A DNA stretch of 62,069 bases, the filler included, from Deltaproteobacteria bacterium (lineage in GTDB: Bacteria; JACQOV01), in NCBI GenBank assembly GCA_016202395.1. It is 5 parts of 5 records of this genome, joined end to end, with 100 filler letters (N's around TTAATTAATTAA, not from the genome) between each part and the next. Parts side by side here need not be neighbours in the genome. Positions count along the whole stretch, not along the records: positions 34,817 to 58,048 come from JACQOV010000041.1; 4 more parts are not named here. One strand, given 5' to 3'. Shown piece by piece: positions 38,178 to 48,049 of this stretch; the first letter of the stretch is position 1; each line of letters starts with the position of its first letter. Under the pieces are notes generated by a model. The model was given only the letters and a program-made list of their open reading frames with translations. It made no database searches and was not told where the DNA came from. The position numbers were made by a program, and so were the translations under genes.

Positions 38178-40200
38178 GGTTAACCTCCCTCGTTAAATGG
38201 CTTTTCATCGCTTGATACTGACTCTCTACCTCCTCCTCCGTCAAGGTTCTATCCTCTCTCTGGAAAAAGAAGCGAAGAGCCAAGCTCTTAGAGTCTCCAG
38301 GAATTTTAGACCCCTTGTAAAGATCAAAGAGCCAGAGATCCTTCAATATTCCCCCCTTGAACTGGCTACAGGCACGGATGATTTCCTCATATTTTACTCT
38401 ATTTGGGACAATAAAGGAAAAGTCTCGAGAGATCCCGGGATACTTCGAGAGCGCTTGGTATTTTTCTCTCATCTTGGGAATGGGGCCTAATCTTTCAAGG
38501 TTGATCTCAAAGAGATAAAGGGGCTGAGGAAATTCTTTCTCTCTTTGGATCTCGGGGTGAAGCTCCGCTAAGTAGCCCCATTCTTGCTCTCCCTCAAAAA
38601 TCCGAATGAAATTCTCGGGATGTAAAAACGGGAGTGAAACTCCTCCTCGAAAATCAGGACTTCGTCGGTAGAGTTCCTGGAAGAGTTTTTCTAAACATCC
38701 TTTAAGATCGAAGAGATCCACCAAGGATTTGTCCGTTCCCCATTGCTCGGGGAGGCGCAAACCACTCCACACCGCCCCCAGTTTGAGGCTTTCGCAAACT
38801 TTATCTCCATCCGAGGCAAAGGTTTTTCCGATCTCGAACAGACGAAGATCGCTCATTTTTCGATCGGTGTGATATTTTGCCGTTTGAAGAAGGCTGGGGA
38901 CAAGCGAGGGGCGAAGCTCGCTCTGTTCTTCTGAAAGTGGATTCTGAAGGGAGATGGCCTTCTCCATTTTGAGTCCTTGCAAGTCGGTCTTGCTAACATA
39001 AGGATAGGTAATAATTTCCAAGAAACCGGCCTGCTTCATCCATTCTCGGAGCTGGATCCCTGTAGCGTAAAGAGGATCTCCAGGAGTTCTTTGAAATGGA
39101 ATGGGAGGGATCGCTTCAGAGAAGGTGTCATAGCCTTTCCATCGGGCAACCTCTTCAACGAGATCGATCTCTTGTTCTAGATCCCTTCGGTAAGAGGGAG
39201 GGACCACACTCCATCCCGTCTTCTTCAGCTCTATTTTGCAACCCAAGGCCTTGAGACACTGGGCGACCTCAGCTCCACGAAATGAGCGTCCTAGGATTCC
39301 CGAAAGGTGATCCTGACGCAGGTTCAATCGGGGAGATCGCAGAGGGTCAGAAACTACATTCGAGAGCTGCCTCAATTCACCTCCACTGATTTCAAGAAGA
39401 AGTTCAATGGCGCGCGTTAAACCGAGATAAACCCCTTCTGGATCAACCCCTCTCTCAAATCGTTGGGAAGACTCCGTTCGAATCCCATAGGCCCTTGAGG
39501 TTCTTCGAATCGAAATCGGCGAAAAGATGGCGCTTTCAAGAAAGAGGTCGGAGGTTTCAGAATCGATTTCTGTTTCGAGTCCTCCAATCACTCCTGCAAG
39601 CGCCACAGCCTTTTCCGCATTGGCAATGACCAAAGAGGTTTTATTTAAAGAGAGCTCCTGATGATCGATCGTAAAAAATCGCTCTTTTTCTCGAGCAGCC
39701 CGAACCTCGATCCAAGACCCTTGTAATTTTTGGGCATCAAAGGCATGAAGCGGTTGCCCTATCTCCAAAAGAACATAGTTCGTAATATCCACGATGGGAT
39801 GAATGGATCGGATTCCGCACCTTTCAAGTCGATCCACCATCCAAGCAGGAGACTGCGTGGGACGAACTCCATGGATGAGGGCCCCAGAATAGCGAGGACA
39901 AAGCTTAGGATCTTGAATTTTTACCTGGATTTCCTTATTCCTATTTTTGGGGGATGCAATCTTTGGAGCCTTCAACGGAAACAGTCGACTCGCAGTCAAA
40001 GCAGCAATCTCTCGAGCGAGCCCAAAGTGGCTCATGAGATCGGCCCGATTGGGAGGAACAGCAACCTCCAAAATCGCATCCTCTGGGGTTGATTCGATGG
40101 CCTCTACTTCAATTCCTCCTAAAACAAGCCTCTCCGCCAAAGCCCCCGCCTTCATCTTTAAATCCACAAATTCTTTTAACCACTGATAGCTAATCTTCAT
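38155..40200 (-). CDS. pheT: Phenylalanine-tRNA ligase beta subunit (short form)
   Basis: [45 protein letters not shown] tail. Confidence 0.95.
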   Translation of the reverse strand: MKISYQWLKEFVDLKMKAGALAERLVLGGIEVEAIESTPEDAILEVAVPPNRADLMSHFGLAREIAALTASRLFPLKAPKIASPKNRNKEIQVKIQDPKLCPRYSGALIHGVRPTQSPAWMVDRLERCGIRSIHPIVDITNYVLLEIGQPLHAFDAQKLQGSWIEVRAAREKERFFTIDHQELSLNKTSLVIANAEKAVALAGVIGGLETEIDSETSDLFLESAIFSPISIRRTSRAYGIRTESSQRFERGVDPEGVYLGLTRAIELLLEISGGELRQLSNVVSDPLRSPRLNLRQDHLSGILGRSFRGAEVAQCLKALGCKIELKKTGWSVVPPSYRRDLEQEIDLVEEVARWKGYDTFSEAIPPIPFQRTPGDPLYATGIQLREWMKQAGFLEIITYPYVSKTDLQGLKMEKAISLQNPLSEEQSELRPSLVPSLLQTAKYHTDRKMSDLRLFEIGKTFASDGDKVCESLKLGAVWSGLRLPEQWGTDKSLVDLFDLKGCLEKLFQELYRRSPDFRGGVSLPFLHPENFIRIFEGEQEWGYLAELHPEIQREKEFPQPLYLFEINLERLGPIPKMREKYQALSKYPGISRDFSFIVPNRVKYEEIIRACSQFKGGILKDLWLFDLYKGSKIPGDSKSLALRFFFQREDRTLTEEEVESQYQAMKSHLTREVNHDEDRHH

Positions 40201-41222
40201 TGAAATTGGCCAATAAATCGAATATCGTTTTCAAAAAATAACCTCAAATCATCAATTCCGTGACGAAGCATCGTCAAACGCTCCACTCCCATCCCAAAAG
40301 CAAACCCTTGAGTCTTTCGCGCGTTATATCCCACCGCTTTAAAAACATTGGGGTGGACCATGCCACACCCCAGGACTTCAAGCCATCCTCCATTTTTGCA
40401 CACGCGGCATCCTTTTCCCTGGCAGATCAAACAGCCGATATCAACCTCCGCGCTCGGTTCTGTAAATGGGAAGAAGCTCGGACGAAAACGGAGACGGATC
40501 TTCTCTCCAAAAAAAGATCTTAAGAACCCGCTTAAAACCCCTTTCAGGTGGCTGAAGGCAATCCCTTCATCCACCAGAAGTCCTTCGACCTGATGAAACA
40601 GTGGGGTGTGGGTGACATCGGAGTCGCGGCGATAAACCCTGCCAGGAGCCACAATACGAATCGGCGGCTTGGCTGATTGCATCACTCGAATCTGAACGGG
40701 CGAGGTATGCGTTCGCAAGAGAAGGCCTCCCGAAAGATAAAAAGTGTCTTGAAGGTCTCTTGCGGGATGATAAGGAGGAATGTTCAAAGCCTCAAAATTG
40801 TGCCAGTCATCTTCAACCTCGGGGCCCATTGCCACCGCGAATCCCAGCTTTTCAAAAAAACTCACAATCTCTTGAAGAGATCGGCTTACCGGGTGAATTC
40901 CTCCCCGAAAAAAACCTCGTCCCGGAAGGGTCACATCGACGGCGGTTGTTTGGATCTGTTGATTCTCGATCCTCTTTTCTAGTTGAATCCGAGCTTCTTC
41001 GAATAGTTGCTCGAGTTCTTTCTCCAACTGATGGAGCGCCCTCCCTTTTTCCCGACGCTCTTCGAGAGAGAGCTGCCCCAGTTCTCTTAACCCCTCTGTG
41101 ACAACCCCTTTTTTTCCAAGGAAACGAGCACGCGCATTCTGCCACTCTGGGACAGAAGAAGTTTTTTGAATCCAATGACGAGCTTCATCGAGAATTTCTT
41201 CACGATTGGCGTTTGTTTTCAT
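40197..41222 (-). CDS. pheS: Phenylalanine-tRNA ligase alpha subunit
   Basis: [33 protein letters not shown]. Confidence 0.98.
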   Translation of the reverse strand: MKTNANREEILDEARHWIQKTSSVPEWQNARARFLGKKGVVTEGLRELGQLSLEERREKGRALHQLEKELEQLFEEARIQLEKRIENQQIQTTAVDVTLPGRGFFRGGIHPVSRSLQEIVSFFEKLGFAVAMGPEVEDDWHNFEALNIPPYHPARDLQDTFYLSGGLLLRTHTSPVQIRVMQSAKPPIRIVAPGRVYRRDSDVTHTPLFHQVEGLLVDEGIAFSHLKGVLSGFLRSFFGEKIRLRFRPSFFPFTEPSAEVDIGCLICQGKGCRVCKNGGWLEVLGCGMVHPNVFKAVGYNARKTQGFAFGMGVERLTMLRHGIDDLRLFFENDIRFIGQFQ

Positions 41223-41575
41223 GCCACTTTCTGTTTGGCAATAGCCACCAATTTAGAGAAGGTTTTCGCATCCTCGACAGCGATTTGCGCCAGAATCTTG
41301 CGGTCGATTTCGACTCGAGCGGTTTTCAACCCTTGAATGAACCGGCTATAAGTGATTCCAGCCGCGCGAGCCGCCGCGTTGATTCGAACAATCCAAAGGG
41401 ATCGGAAGTCCCTCTTCCGATTCCTTCGATCTCGATAGGCATACTGTAGCGATCGTTCATACCCTTCGCGCGCATGCTTGAAAACATTTTTCCGAAGTCC
41501 CCAGAAGCCTTTAGTTGCCTTCTGAAGTTTTTTATGGCGGCGATGTGTGGTCTGCCCACCTTTAACTCTTGGCAT
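41219..41575 (-). CDS. rplT: 50S ribosomal protein L20
   Basis: [33 protein letters not shown]. Confidence 0.98.
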   Translation of the reverse strand: MPRVKGGQTTHRRHKKLQKATKGFWGLRKNVFKHAREGYERSLQYAYRDRRNRKRDFRSLWIVRINAAARAAGITYSRFIQGLKTARVEIDRKILAQIAVEDAKTFSKLVAIAKQKVA

Positions 41576-41589
41576 AGTTGACTCCTTGT

Positions 41590-41787
41590 TTATAAATAGG
41601 GAATTAGTCTGCGGATGCTATCTTCATGCGTAGCAGGAACAATAGCTTTTATCCGCAAACCCCTTCTCCTCTTTGGACCTTTACTGCTTAACAAATGGCG
41701 TCTGCCCGCTTTGGAATGTTTCAACTTTCCTGTTGCGGTAACACGAAATCTTTTTCTCGTTCCGCGATTGGTTTTAATCTTTGGCAT
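41590..41787 (-). CDS. rpmI: 50S ribosomal protein L35
   Basis: MPKIKT...[14 protein letters not shown]. Confidence 0.96.
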   Translation of the reverse strand: MPKIKTNRGTRKRFRVTATGKLKHSKAGRRHLLSSKGPKRRRGLRIKAIVPATHEDSIRRLIPYL

Positions 41788-41805
41788 CTTCTGTCTCCTT
41801 TTGGG

Positions 41806-42312
41806 TCATTTCGGGGCCAAAACGGCTGTGAAATTCTTTCCCTCTAATCTAGGAGATTGCTCCAGGGCTCCCCAGGATTGGGCTTCTTGAAGAATCCGAT
41901 CGATCATCTGCTTGCCTAACCCCGCATGAACGATCTCTCGGCCTTTAAAGACCACAGTGATTTTGACTTTGTTATGTTCCTCCAAAAATCGCTTAATGTG
42001 TTGGACTTTAAATTGCAGATCATGATCGTCGGTTTTGGGCGTGAATTTGACCTCCTTCACTCGAATCATGACCTGCTTTTTCCTAGCTTCCTGCTGTCGT
42101 TTCTTGATTTGGTACTTGTATTTCCCATAATCCATGATCCGACACACAGGGGGTTTGGCGCTTGGAGCGACCTCTACCAGATCCAGCTCTCGGGATCGAG
42201 CCAGGTCGAGCGCCTCTCGGGTATGTTTGATCCCGAGCTGAGCGCCATCCATATCGATTAATCGAACTTGGGTTACTCGAATTCGTTCGTTGACACGGGG
42301 TTCTCTTTCGAT
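41806..42312 (-). CDS. infC: Translation initiation factor IF-3, probable ATC start
   Basis: NERIR, LDLVEVAP, PPVCRIMDYGKYKY; AGGAGGT 6 nt before in-frame ATC. Confidence 0.93.
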   Translation of the reverse strand: MEREPRVNERIRVTQVRLIDMDGAQLGIKHTREALDLARSRELDLVEVAPSAKPPVCRIMDYGKYKYQIKKRQQEARKKQVMIRVKEVKFTPKTDDHDLQFKVQHIKRFLEEHNKVKITVVFKGREIVHAGLGKQMIDRILQEAQSWGALEQSPRLEGKNFTAVLAPK

Positions 42313-42323
42313 GTTCTTACCTC

Positions 42324-44054
42324 CTATAACTGGGTTGTTTCTCGCTTCCAAAGATCGATCAGACTCTCAACTGTAAGATCCGACTGATTTCGACCGTCGC
42401 GATAACGAACCGTTAACGTTTGACTCTCAACCTCTTTGGGACCGATCACGATCATATAGGGGATCTTTTGCAACTGAGCCTCGCGGATCTTAAAACCAAG
42501 TTTCTCGTTCCTTAAATCAGCCTCTATCCGCATCCCTTCTTGTTGAAGCCGCTCCAAGATCCCTTTTGCATAGTTCCCCTGCGCGTCGGTGACCGTTAAG
42601 ATCCTTGCCTGAATCGGCGCAAGCCATACCGGAAAAGCCCCCGCATAGTGTTCGATTAAAACCCCAAAGAACCGCTCTATTGAACCCATCAAAGCTCGAT
42701 GGACCATAATCGGTCGTTCAAAGGTTCCATTGCTCTGGACAAAAGATAGATCAAACCGTTCCGGAAGATTGAAATCGACCTGAACGGTGGAGCATTGCCA
42801 AGACCGCCCTAGCGAGTCTTTAATCTTAACATCCACCTTGGGTCCGTAGAAAACGCCTTCTCCGGGATCGACTTCGTACTCCAACCCCACAGCTTCAACA
42901 GAATGTTTCAGCGCCTCCGTTGCCTTCTCCCAATTCTCGATCGATCCAACAAATTTCTCCGGTCGAGTGCTTAAGAATACCTCAAACTGCTGAAAATCAA
43001 AACGGCGCAGGTAAGAGAGCATAAACTCTAAAACTTTTCGAATCTCCTCCTCGAGTTGATCCGGACGACAAAAGATGTGGGCATCGTCCTGAGTAAAGCC
43101 TCGTACCCGAAGCAATCCATGGAGCACGCCCGAGCGCTCAAAGCGGTAAACTGTTCCAAGCTCGGTTAATCGAATCGGCAAATCTCGATAGCTCCGAACG
43201 TCGTTTTTGAAGTAATGAAGATGGAACGGGCAGTTCATCGGTTTGATCCGATACTGGGCCCCTTCGACCTCCATCGGTCCGAACATATTCTGAGAGTAAA
43301 AATCGAGATGTCCACTGGTTTGCCAAAGCTCTTGGCGAGCCATGTGAGGGGTGTAGATAAATTGATAGCCTTGCTTCAGATGTTCACGACGCCAAAGATC
43401 TTCCAAAAGCACGCGGATCATCGCTCCTTTGGGATGCCAAACAATGAGTCCTGGCCCGATCTTTTCTTGGATACTGAAGAGATCGAGTTGCTTTCCCAGT
43501 TTTCGGTGGTCGCGACGTTTTGCCTCCTCCAAACGCTCTAAATAGGCTTTAAGATCCTTTTCGGTGGCCCATGCCGTTCCATAGATTCTTTGTAAACGTT
43601 CACGCTTCTCATCCCCTCTCCAATAGGCGGCAGAAATGGAAAGAAGTTTAAAAGCTCGAAGCATCCCTGTAGAAGCAATATGAGGGCCTCGACACAGATC
43701 GGTAAAATCTCCTTGCCGATAGATCGATACGTTAGGGTCCTCGATCCCTCGAATGATCTCGGCCTTAAACGGCTCTCCCATTCTTCCAAAGAGTTTGGCG
43801 GCTTCCTCTTTACTCATCTCCATCCGTTCCACGGGGAAGTTTTCACGGGCGATCTTTTGCATCTCTTTTTCAATCTTCTCCAGATCCTCGGGCGTGAAAG
43901 GCCGATCGGTGTAAAAATCGTAGTAGAAACCGTCTTCAATCACGGGGCCAATGGTGATTTGAGTTTTAGGAAACAGGCGTTTGACCGCTTGGGCCATCGC
44001 GTGGGCCGTGCTGTGGCGCAGCATCTCTAATTCTTTTTGGGAATCTTCTCTCAC
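42324..44054 (-). CDS. thrS: Threonine-tRNA ligase lacking the N-terminal TGS domain
   Basis: RHSTAH, DLCRGPH, RDHRKLG, KPMNCP, RVRGFTQDDAH, FYGPK. Confidence 0.98.
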   Translation of the reverse strand: MREDSQKELEMLRHSTAHAMAQAVKRLFPKTQITIGPVIEDGFYYDFYTDRPFTPEDLEKIEKEMQKIARENFPVERMEMSKEEAAKLFGRMGEPFKAEIIRGIEDPNVSIYRQGDFTDLCRGPHIASTGMLRAFKLLSISAAYWRGDEKRERLQRIYGTAWATEKDLKAYLERLEEAKRRDHRKLGKQLDLFSIQEKIGPGLIVWHPKGAMIRVLLEDLWRREHLKQGYQFIYTPHMARQELWQTSGHLDFYSQNMFGPMEVEGAQYRIKPMNCPFHLHYFKNDVRSYRDLPIRLTELGTVYRFERSGVLHGLLRVRGFTQDDAHIFCRPDQLEEEIRKVLEFMLSYLRRFDFQQFEVFLSTRPEKFVGSIENWEKATEALKHSVEAVGLEYEVDPGEGVFYGPKVDVKIKDSLGRSWQCSTVQVDFNLPERFDLSFVQSNGTFERPIMVHRALMGSIERFFGVLIEHYAGAFPVWLAPIQARILTVTDAQGNYAKGILERLQQEGMRIEADLRNEKLGFKIREAQLQKIPYMIVIGPKEVESQTLTVRYRDGRNQSDLTVESLIDLWKRETTQL

Positions 44055-44107
44055 TCTTTACCTCTTAAAACACACAAAAAAAGCACTCGATGTGCTCAGA
44101 ACAAACA

Positions 44108-44181
<74 letters not shown>

Positions 44182-44271
44182 CGCTTTGAAGCCTGCATAA
44201 ACCTTTGGTTTTAATATCAATTTCCCTAATTGCTGTCAAGATAAAATTCGATTCGGTTTAAAAAAGATAAC

Positions 44272-44300
44272 TTGACGAAAATTACCCTTTTCAATAAACT
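44272..44300 (+). promoter_or_regulatory. Possible sigma70 promoter for cmoA
   Basis: TTGACG-17 nt-TAAACT. Confidence 0.45.
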
Positions 44301-44312
44301 ACTCGAAATTCG

Positions 44313-45041
44313 ATGTTGCATAAAGATCAGATCTATCAGAAAAAAAGTCGACGCATTGATAATTTTGATTTTGGCCAAAAGACAACCCAGGTCTTCGATG
44401 ACATGCTCAACCGGTCTGTCCCCTTTTATTCGGAAATGCAAAGGATGATCGGTGAGATTGCCTCTGAGTTTGCTGTCGAGGGGACCCGCATTTACGATTT
44501 AGGATGCTCTACCTGCAGCACCTTTCTTTCTATTAACGACCCAATTCCTCAAGGGGTCACTTTTATTGGAGTGGATTCTTCCCGCGAAATGCTTAAAAAA
44601 GGGGAAGAAAAACTTCTCCAAAGCGGCTTTTCTCGAAAATATGAGCTTCTCTGCCAAGACTTAAATAAGGGGGTCCCTATTTCAAATGCCTCCGTTGTTA
44701 TTATGAATTTTACGCTCCAATTTATTCGCCCTCTTTACCGAGAAAGAGTCATTGCAGAAATCGCTTCGGGACTGAACAACAATGGATGTTTGATTCTCAT
44801 TGAGAAGGTTCTGAGTCAAAATTCCACGATCAATCGCCTTTTTATTAAATTCTATTACGACTTTAAAAAAAGAAATGGCTATAGCGAGCTTGAAATTGCC
44901 CAAAAAAGAGAGGCGTTGGAAAATATTTTGGTCCCTTATCATTTTGATGAGAATCGGGAGCTTCTGCTCCAGAACGGTTTTAAAGGATGTGATATGTTCT
45001 TTCGATGGTATAATTTTTGCGGAGTGTTGGCCATTAAATGA
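44313..45041 (+). CDS. cmoA: Carboxy-S-adenosylmethionine synthase
   Basis: FDF, VFDDMLNRSVPFY, YDLGCST, NFTLQFI, NGYSELEIAQKREALEN, FRWYNF. Confidence 0.88.
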   Translation: MLHKDQIYQKKSRRIDNFDFGQKTTQVFDDMLNRSVPFYSEMQRMIGEIASEFAVEGTRIYDLGCSTCSTFLSINDPIPQGVTFIGVDSSREMLKKGEEKLLQSGFSRKYELLCQDLNKGVPISNASVVIMNFTLQFIRPLYRERVIAEIASGLNNNGCLILIEKVLSQNSTINRLFIKFYYDFKKRNGYSELEIAQKREALENILVPYHFDENRELLLQNGFKGCDMFFRWYNFCGVLAIK

Positions 45042-45769
45042 AATTGCTCTGGAATCGGTTCGTTCTTGCGTCCGGAAATCTCTTTTTTCGATTCCGAAAC
45101 GCTTTGTTTCCTCTTATCTTTGGCCTTCTTTTTATATTTACAAAACCTCACGTAAATCCTGAAAACGTGGTTCTCGATTTTTTATCTATAGGGATTGGAT
45201 TCTTTCTTGTTCTCTTAGGACAAGCTTACCGTCTCTTAGTCATTGGCTATGCCTATATCGATAGAGGAGGCAAAAACAGGCGCATCTCTGCGACCGATCT
45301 AGTAGAAAAAGGGTTCTATGCCCATTCTCGAAATCCGATGTATCTTGGCAATGTTTTAATTGTTATAGGACTTAGCATTATGTATGGCTCTTTAGAGGCT
45401 TATCTTTTGGTTGTCCCCCTATTTTTGTTTGCTTATGGATCCATTACGGTTGCGGAGGAAAACTACCTTCGGAATCAATTTGGTGAAAGATATGCGGACT
45501 ATGAAAAGCGCGTGAACCGCTTTTGGCCTAATTTCAAAGGAATACGAAAGTCACTGGAAGCGTTTGAATACAACTGGAAACGGGCTCTTCGGAAAGAATA
45601 CGGAACCCTTTTTACTGTTTTCACCACCGCTCTTTTTATTGCCACATGGAATGCCTACTATTTGTTTGGCCCCGATACCATTAAAATTGCTTTTCTGATT
45701 GTCTCAGGTCTTGTAGTTTTCTATAGCATTGTTCGATTTCTAAAAAAGAAAAAGTATCTTGCTACTTGA
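45038..45769 (+). CDS. ICMT/PEMT-family membrane methyltransferase-like protein
   Basis: LVEKGFYAHSRNPMYLGN, EENYLRNQFGERYADY...VNRFWP; several TM helices; ATGA overlap with cmoA. Confidence 0.85.
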   Translation: MKLLWNRFVLASGNLFFRFRNALFPLIFGLLFIFTKPHVNPENVVLDFLSIGIGFFLVLLGQAYRLLVIGYAYIDRGGKNRRISATDLVEKGFYAHSRNPMYLGNVLIVIGLSIMYGSLEAYLLVVPLFLFAYGSITVAEENYLRNQFGERYADYEKRVNRFWPNFKGIRKSLEAFEYNWKRALRKEYGTLFTVFTTALFIATWNAYYLFGPDTIKIAFLIVSGLVVFYSIVRFLKKKKYLAT

Positions 45770-47138
45770 GAAGTGGCAGATCTATTTGGATGGACAAAAA
45801 TGTTTTTGTGGAAAGGGTCACTTTGAACCGATCATCAATTCGATGTCCTACCACCCAAAGAATCCCTTTGGAGCACTCTAAAATAGGAACACGGTCTCGG
45901 TTTGAAGAAGGGACTTTGGCCTCTATTAAGATCTCTTTCACCTTCTTTTTACCGGAAAGGCCCAAGGGCTGAATCCGATCTCCAGGTTGACGGCTCCGTA
46001 AAGTGAGAGGCCCTTGAATAGTATTCCAATCAAAATAGGCTCGATTTGAGGAGATTCCAAACCCATCGCTGGGATGTTGAGTTTGAAGTTGGGTGATAAT
46101 GCGGTTTTTATTTTGAAAGGCGATCTCTCCCGGAACAGGAAGAGTGACAGGCCCCATTTTTTGGGGCCTCTCTTTCTCCAAAGAAAAGAGGAGTTCCCCA
46201 TAGCGACGTAAAGCGCAAAGCCCCCTGGGAAGAGAGACTTGAGCCGAAGGATTTGAGGTGAGAAGGAGCTTCCCAAGGGCTTCATAGTGAGGGCGATAGA
46301 GACCTTTATCCCCCCCCATCCAATCTTGATAAGCTCGATGGAAGAATCGAACGACCAGTTCCTTTTCGAGCACTCGAAGCTCTTTTACTTGAAAAATAAT
46401 CTCTTTGTCGGTCTGCTTTACTCTCTGATTCCACTCTTTTTCAATCCTTTCCTCCCATTCCTCTTCCGATTTCTGTCGAGATGCGGCGAGATCCCACAAT
46501 GCCTTTCGAAATCTCCCCTCAGAAAGCCGCTCTAACTCCGGGATCCATTGATGGCGCAGTTCATTGCGTCGATAGATGGACTTTAGATTGGTTCGATCGA
46601 CAACATAGGGAAGCGATCGATTTTGAAGGTAATCCAAAATTTCAGAGCGCCAGAGGCTGAGTAATGGCCGAATGATTGGGCCTCTTTTTGGGCGGATTCC
46701 CACAAGTCCCATAGAGCCTGTCCCTCGCAAGATGCGGAACAAGACTGTTTCCACTTGGTCATCTGCATTATGCCCCGTAGCGATCTTTTGAGCCTTGTAT
46801 TTTTGACGGACCTCTTCAAAGAATTGATAACGAAATCGGCGGGCTTCCGCCTGAATCATCGAATGCTTGACCCGGATAGGGAGCTTTTTCACGACATATT
46901 CAATTCCCAACGATCGAGCCATTTGGATGACGAAGGCCTCATCCCGCTCACTTTCCTCTCCTCGCAATTGATGATTCGCATGAGCGATGATTAAAGAGAG
47001 TTGATATTCGAGCTCCAACTCTTTCAACGCGTGGAGCAACGCCATCGAATCGGGCCCTCCCGAAACCGCCACCACCACTCGGTCTTTTCTTTCGAGCAGA
47101 TTCGATAGGTCTAAATCTTTTTTAATTCTTTCAAGCAT
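45762..47138 (-). CDS. tilS: tRNA(Ile)-lysidine synthase
   Basis: AVSGGPDS, HANHQLR, GHNADDQVET, IRPLL, RNELR, C-terminal domains. Confidence 0.96.
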   Translation of the reverse strand: MLERIKKDLDLSNLLERKDRVVVAVSGGPDSMALLHALKELELEYQLSLIIAHANHQLRGEESERDEAFVIQMARSLGIEYVVKKLPIRVKHSMIQAEARRFRYQFFEEVRQKYKAQKIATGHNADDQVETVLFRILRGTGSMGLVGIRPKRGPIIRPLLSLWRSEILDYLQNRSLPYVVDRTNLKSIYRRNELRHQWIPELERLSEGRFRKALWDLAASRQKSEEEWEERIEKEWNQRVKQTDKEIIFQVKELRVLEKELVVRFFHRAYQDWMGGDKGLYRPHYEALGKLLLTSNPSAQVSLPRGLCALRRYGELLFSLEKERPQKMGPVTLPVPGEIAFQNKNRIITQLQTQHPSDGFGISSNRAYFDWNTIQGPLTLRSRQPGDRIQPLGLSGKKKVKEILIEAKVPSSNRDRVPILECSKGILWVVGHRIDDRFKVTLSTKTFLSIQIDLPLLK

Positions 47139-47221
47139 CAGAAGAATAATACACAAACCTTTAAAGATCCTCAAGAAAACGGATTGCTATGAAAGTTTCT
47201 ATATATTGTGTAGAAAGAATT

Positions 47222-47653
47222 TTATTGTACGTCTTCTGAACATCCAAGGACTTCAAAACCCATAGAACGAGCAGCTCTCCCGAGCTCTTGATCATGTGTC
47301 ACCACGATGGGGCTAGAACCATAGGCGGATTGCCATTCTAATGCCGAAGCCAAATGTATAGCATCTAAAGTTCCGAGCATCGTCGGAAAAGGTTGACTCG
47401 CACGATCGAGTATTATTTCGGAAACTGGGATCAACTCGATTCGATCCAATGCATAGAAAACGGAAGCAATTCGTTTCTCTACTTCTTCATCGGGCATCGA
47501 GAGACGAATTCTCATTCGATCAATGGTTCTCAAACATTCTATTTTAATTAATTCACTCGAGATTGCATGGCGGATTTTTTTAAATTCTGGCAGAGCTGTA
47601 GATTCATTGAAAATGATTCGTAGCAAAACAGAGCTGTCAAGATAAGCCAACAT
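47222..47653 (-). CDS. PIN-domain (VapC-like) toxin
   Basis: YLDSSVL, IEC, LGTLDAIHLASA, THD..L..AA. Confidence 0.88.
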   Translation of the reverse strand: MLAYLDSSVLLRIIFNESTALPEFKKIRHAISSELIKIECLRTIDRMRIRLSMPDEEVEKRIASVFYALDRIELIPVSEIILDRASQPFPTMLGTLDAIHLASALEWQSAYGSSPIVVTHDQELGRAARSMGFEVLGCSEDVQ

Positions 47654-47655
47654 TT

Positions 47656-47922
47656 TTAGCGCTCTTTACGAGTTTCCAGTAGAAAAGAAAGACTGTCATA
47701 TCGTGAGACTTCCTTTCCATTGGACTTCCATAGTGCGCTTAGGGTAAGAGGATCATGAGTGGGTTTGCGAGTCCAGAGACGAGTCCCTTTTTCCCCTTTC
47801 CAAGGAATGACCTTGGCAATAGGAGTCTTCCGATCCAAAACAACCACCTCTTCCCCGTTTTGAACCGAACGAAGATACTGAGCCAAGTGTGCTTTTAATT
47901 CAGCAATATTAGTTGACTTCAT
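47656..47922 (-). CDS. Phd/YefM-family antitoxin
   Basis: MKSTNIAELKAHLAQYLRSVQNGEEVVVLDRKTPIAKVIP. Confidence 0.88.
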   Translation of the reverse strand: MKSTNIAELKAHLAQYLRSVQNGEEVVVLDRKTPIAKVIPWKGEKGTRLWTRKPTHDPLTLSALWKSNGKEVSRYDSLSFLLETRKER

Positions 47923-47928
47923 ATGACT

Positions 47929-47958
47929 ATTATATGACCTCTTTAGGTCATATGTCAA
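47929..47958 (-). promoter_or_regulatory. Toxin-antitoxin promoter with palindromic operator
   Basis: TTGACA-18 nt-TATAAT on minus strand; ATATGACCT-CTTT-AGGTCATAT at 47932-47953. Confidence 0.75.
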
Positions 47959-47962
47959 GGTA

Positions 47963-48036
47963 TGGCGGCGGAGGGAATCGAACCCCCGACACGGGGCTTA
48001 TGAGACCCCTGCTCTAGCCAACTGAGCTACGCCGCC
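47963..48036 (-). tRNA. tRNA-Met(CAT), probably elongator
   Basis: GGCGGCG acceptor stem with paired 1-72, GGGGT-CTCATAA-GCCCC anticodon arm, GTTCGATTC. Confidence 0.88.
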
Positions 48037-48049
48037 ATGGAACTTAGGA

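Noticed and set aside
47963-48036. tRNA-Ile2 or initiator tRNA call prompted by nearby tilS
   Set aside because: The paired 1-72 position argues against initiator and the GGCGGCG stem looks like elongator Met. Ile2 is not fully excluded without isotype models.
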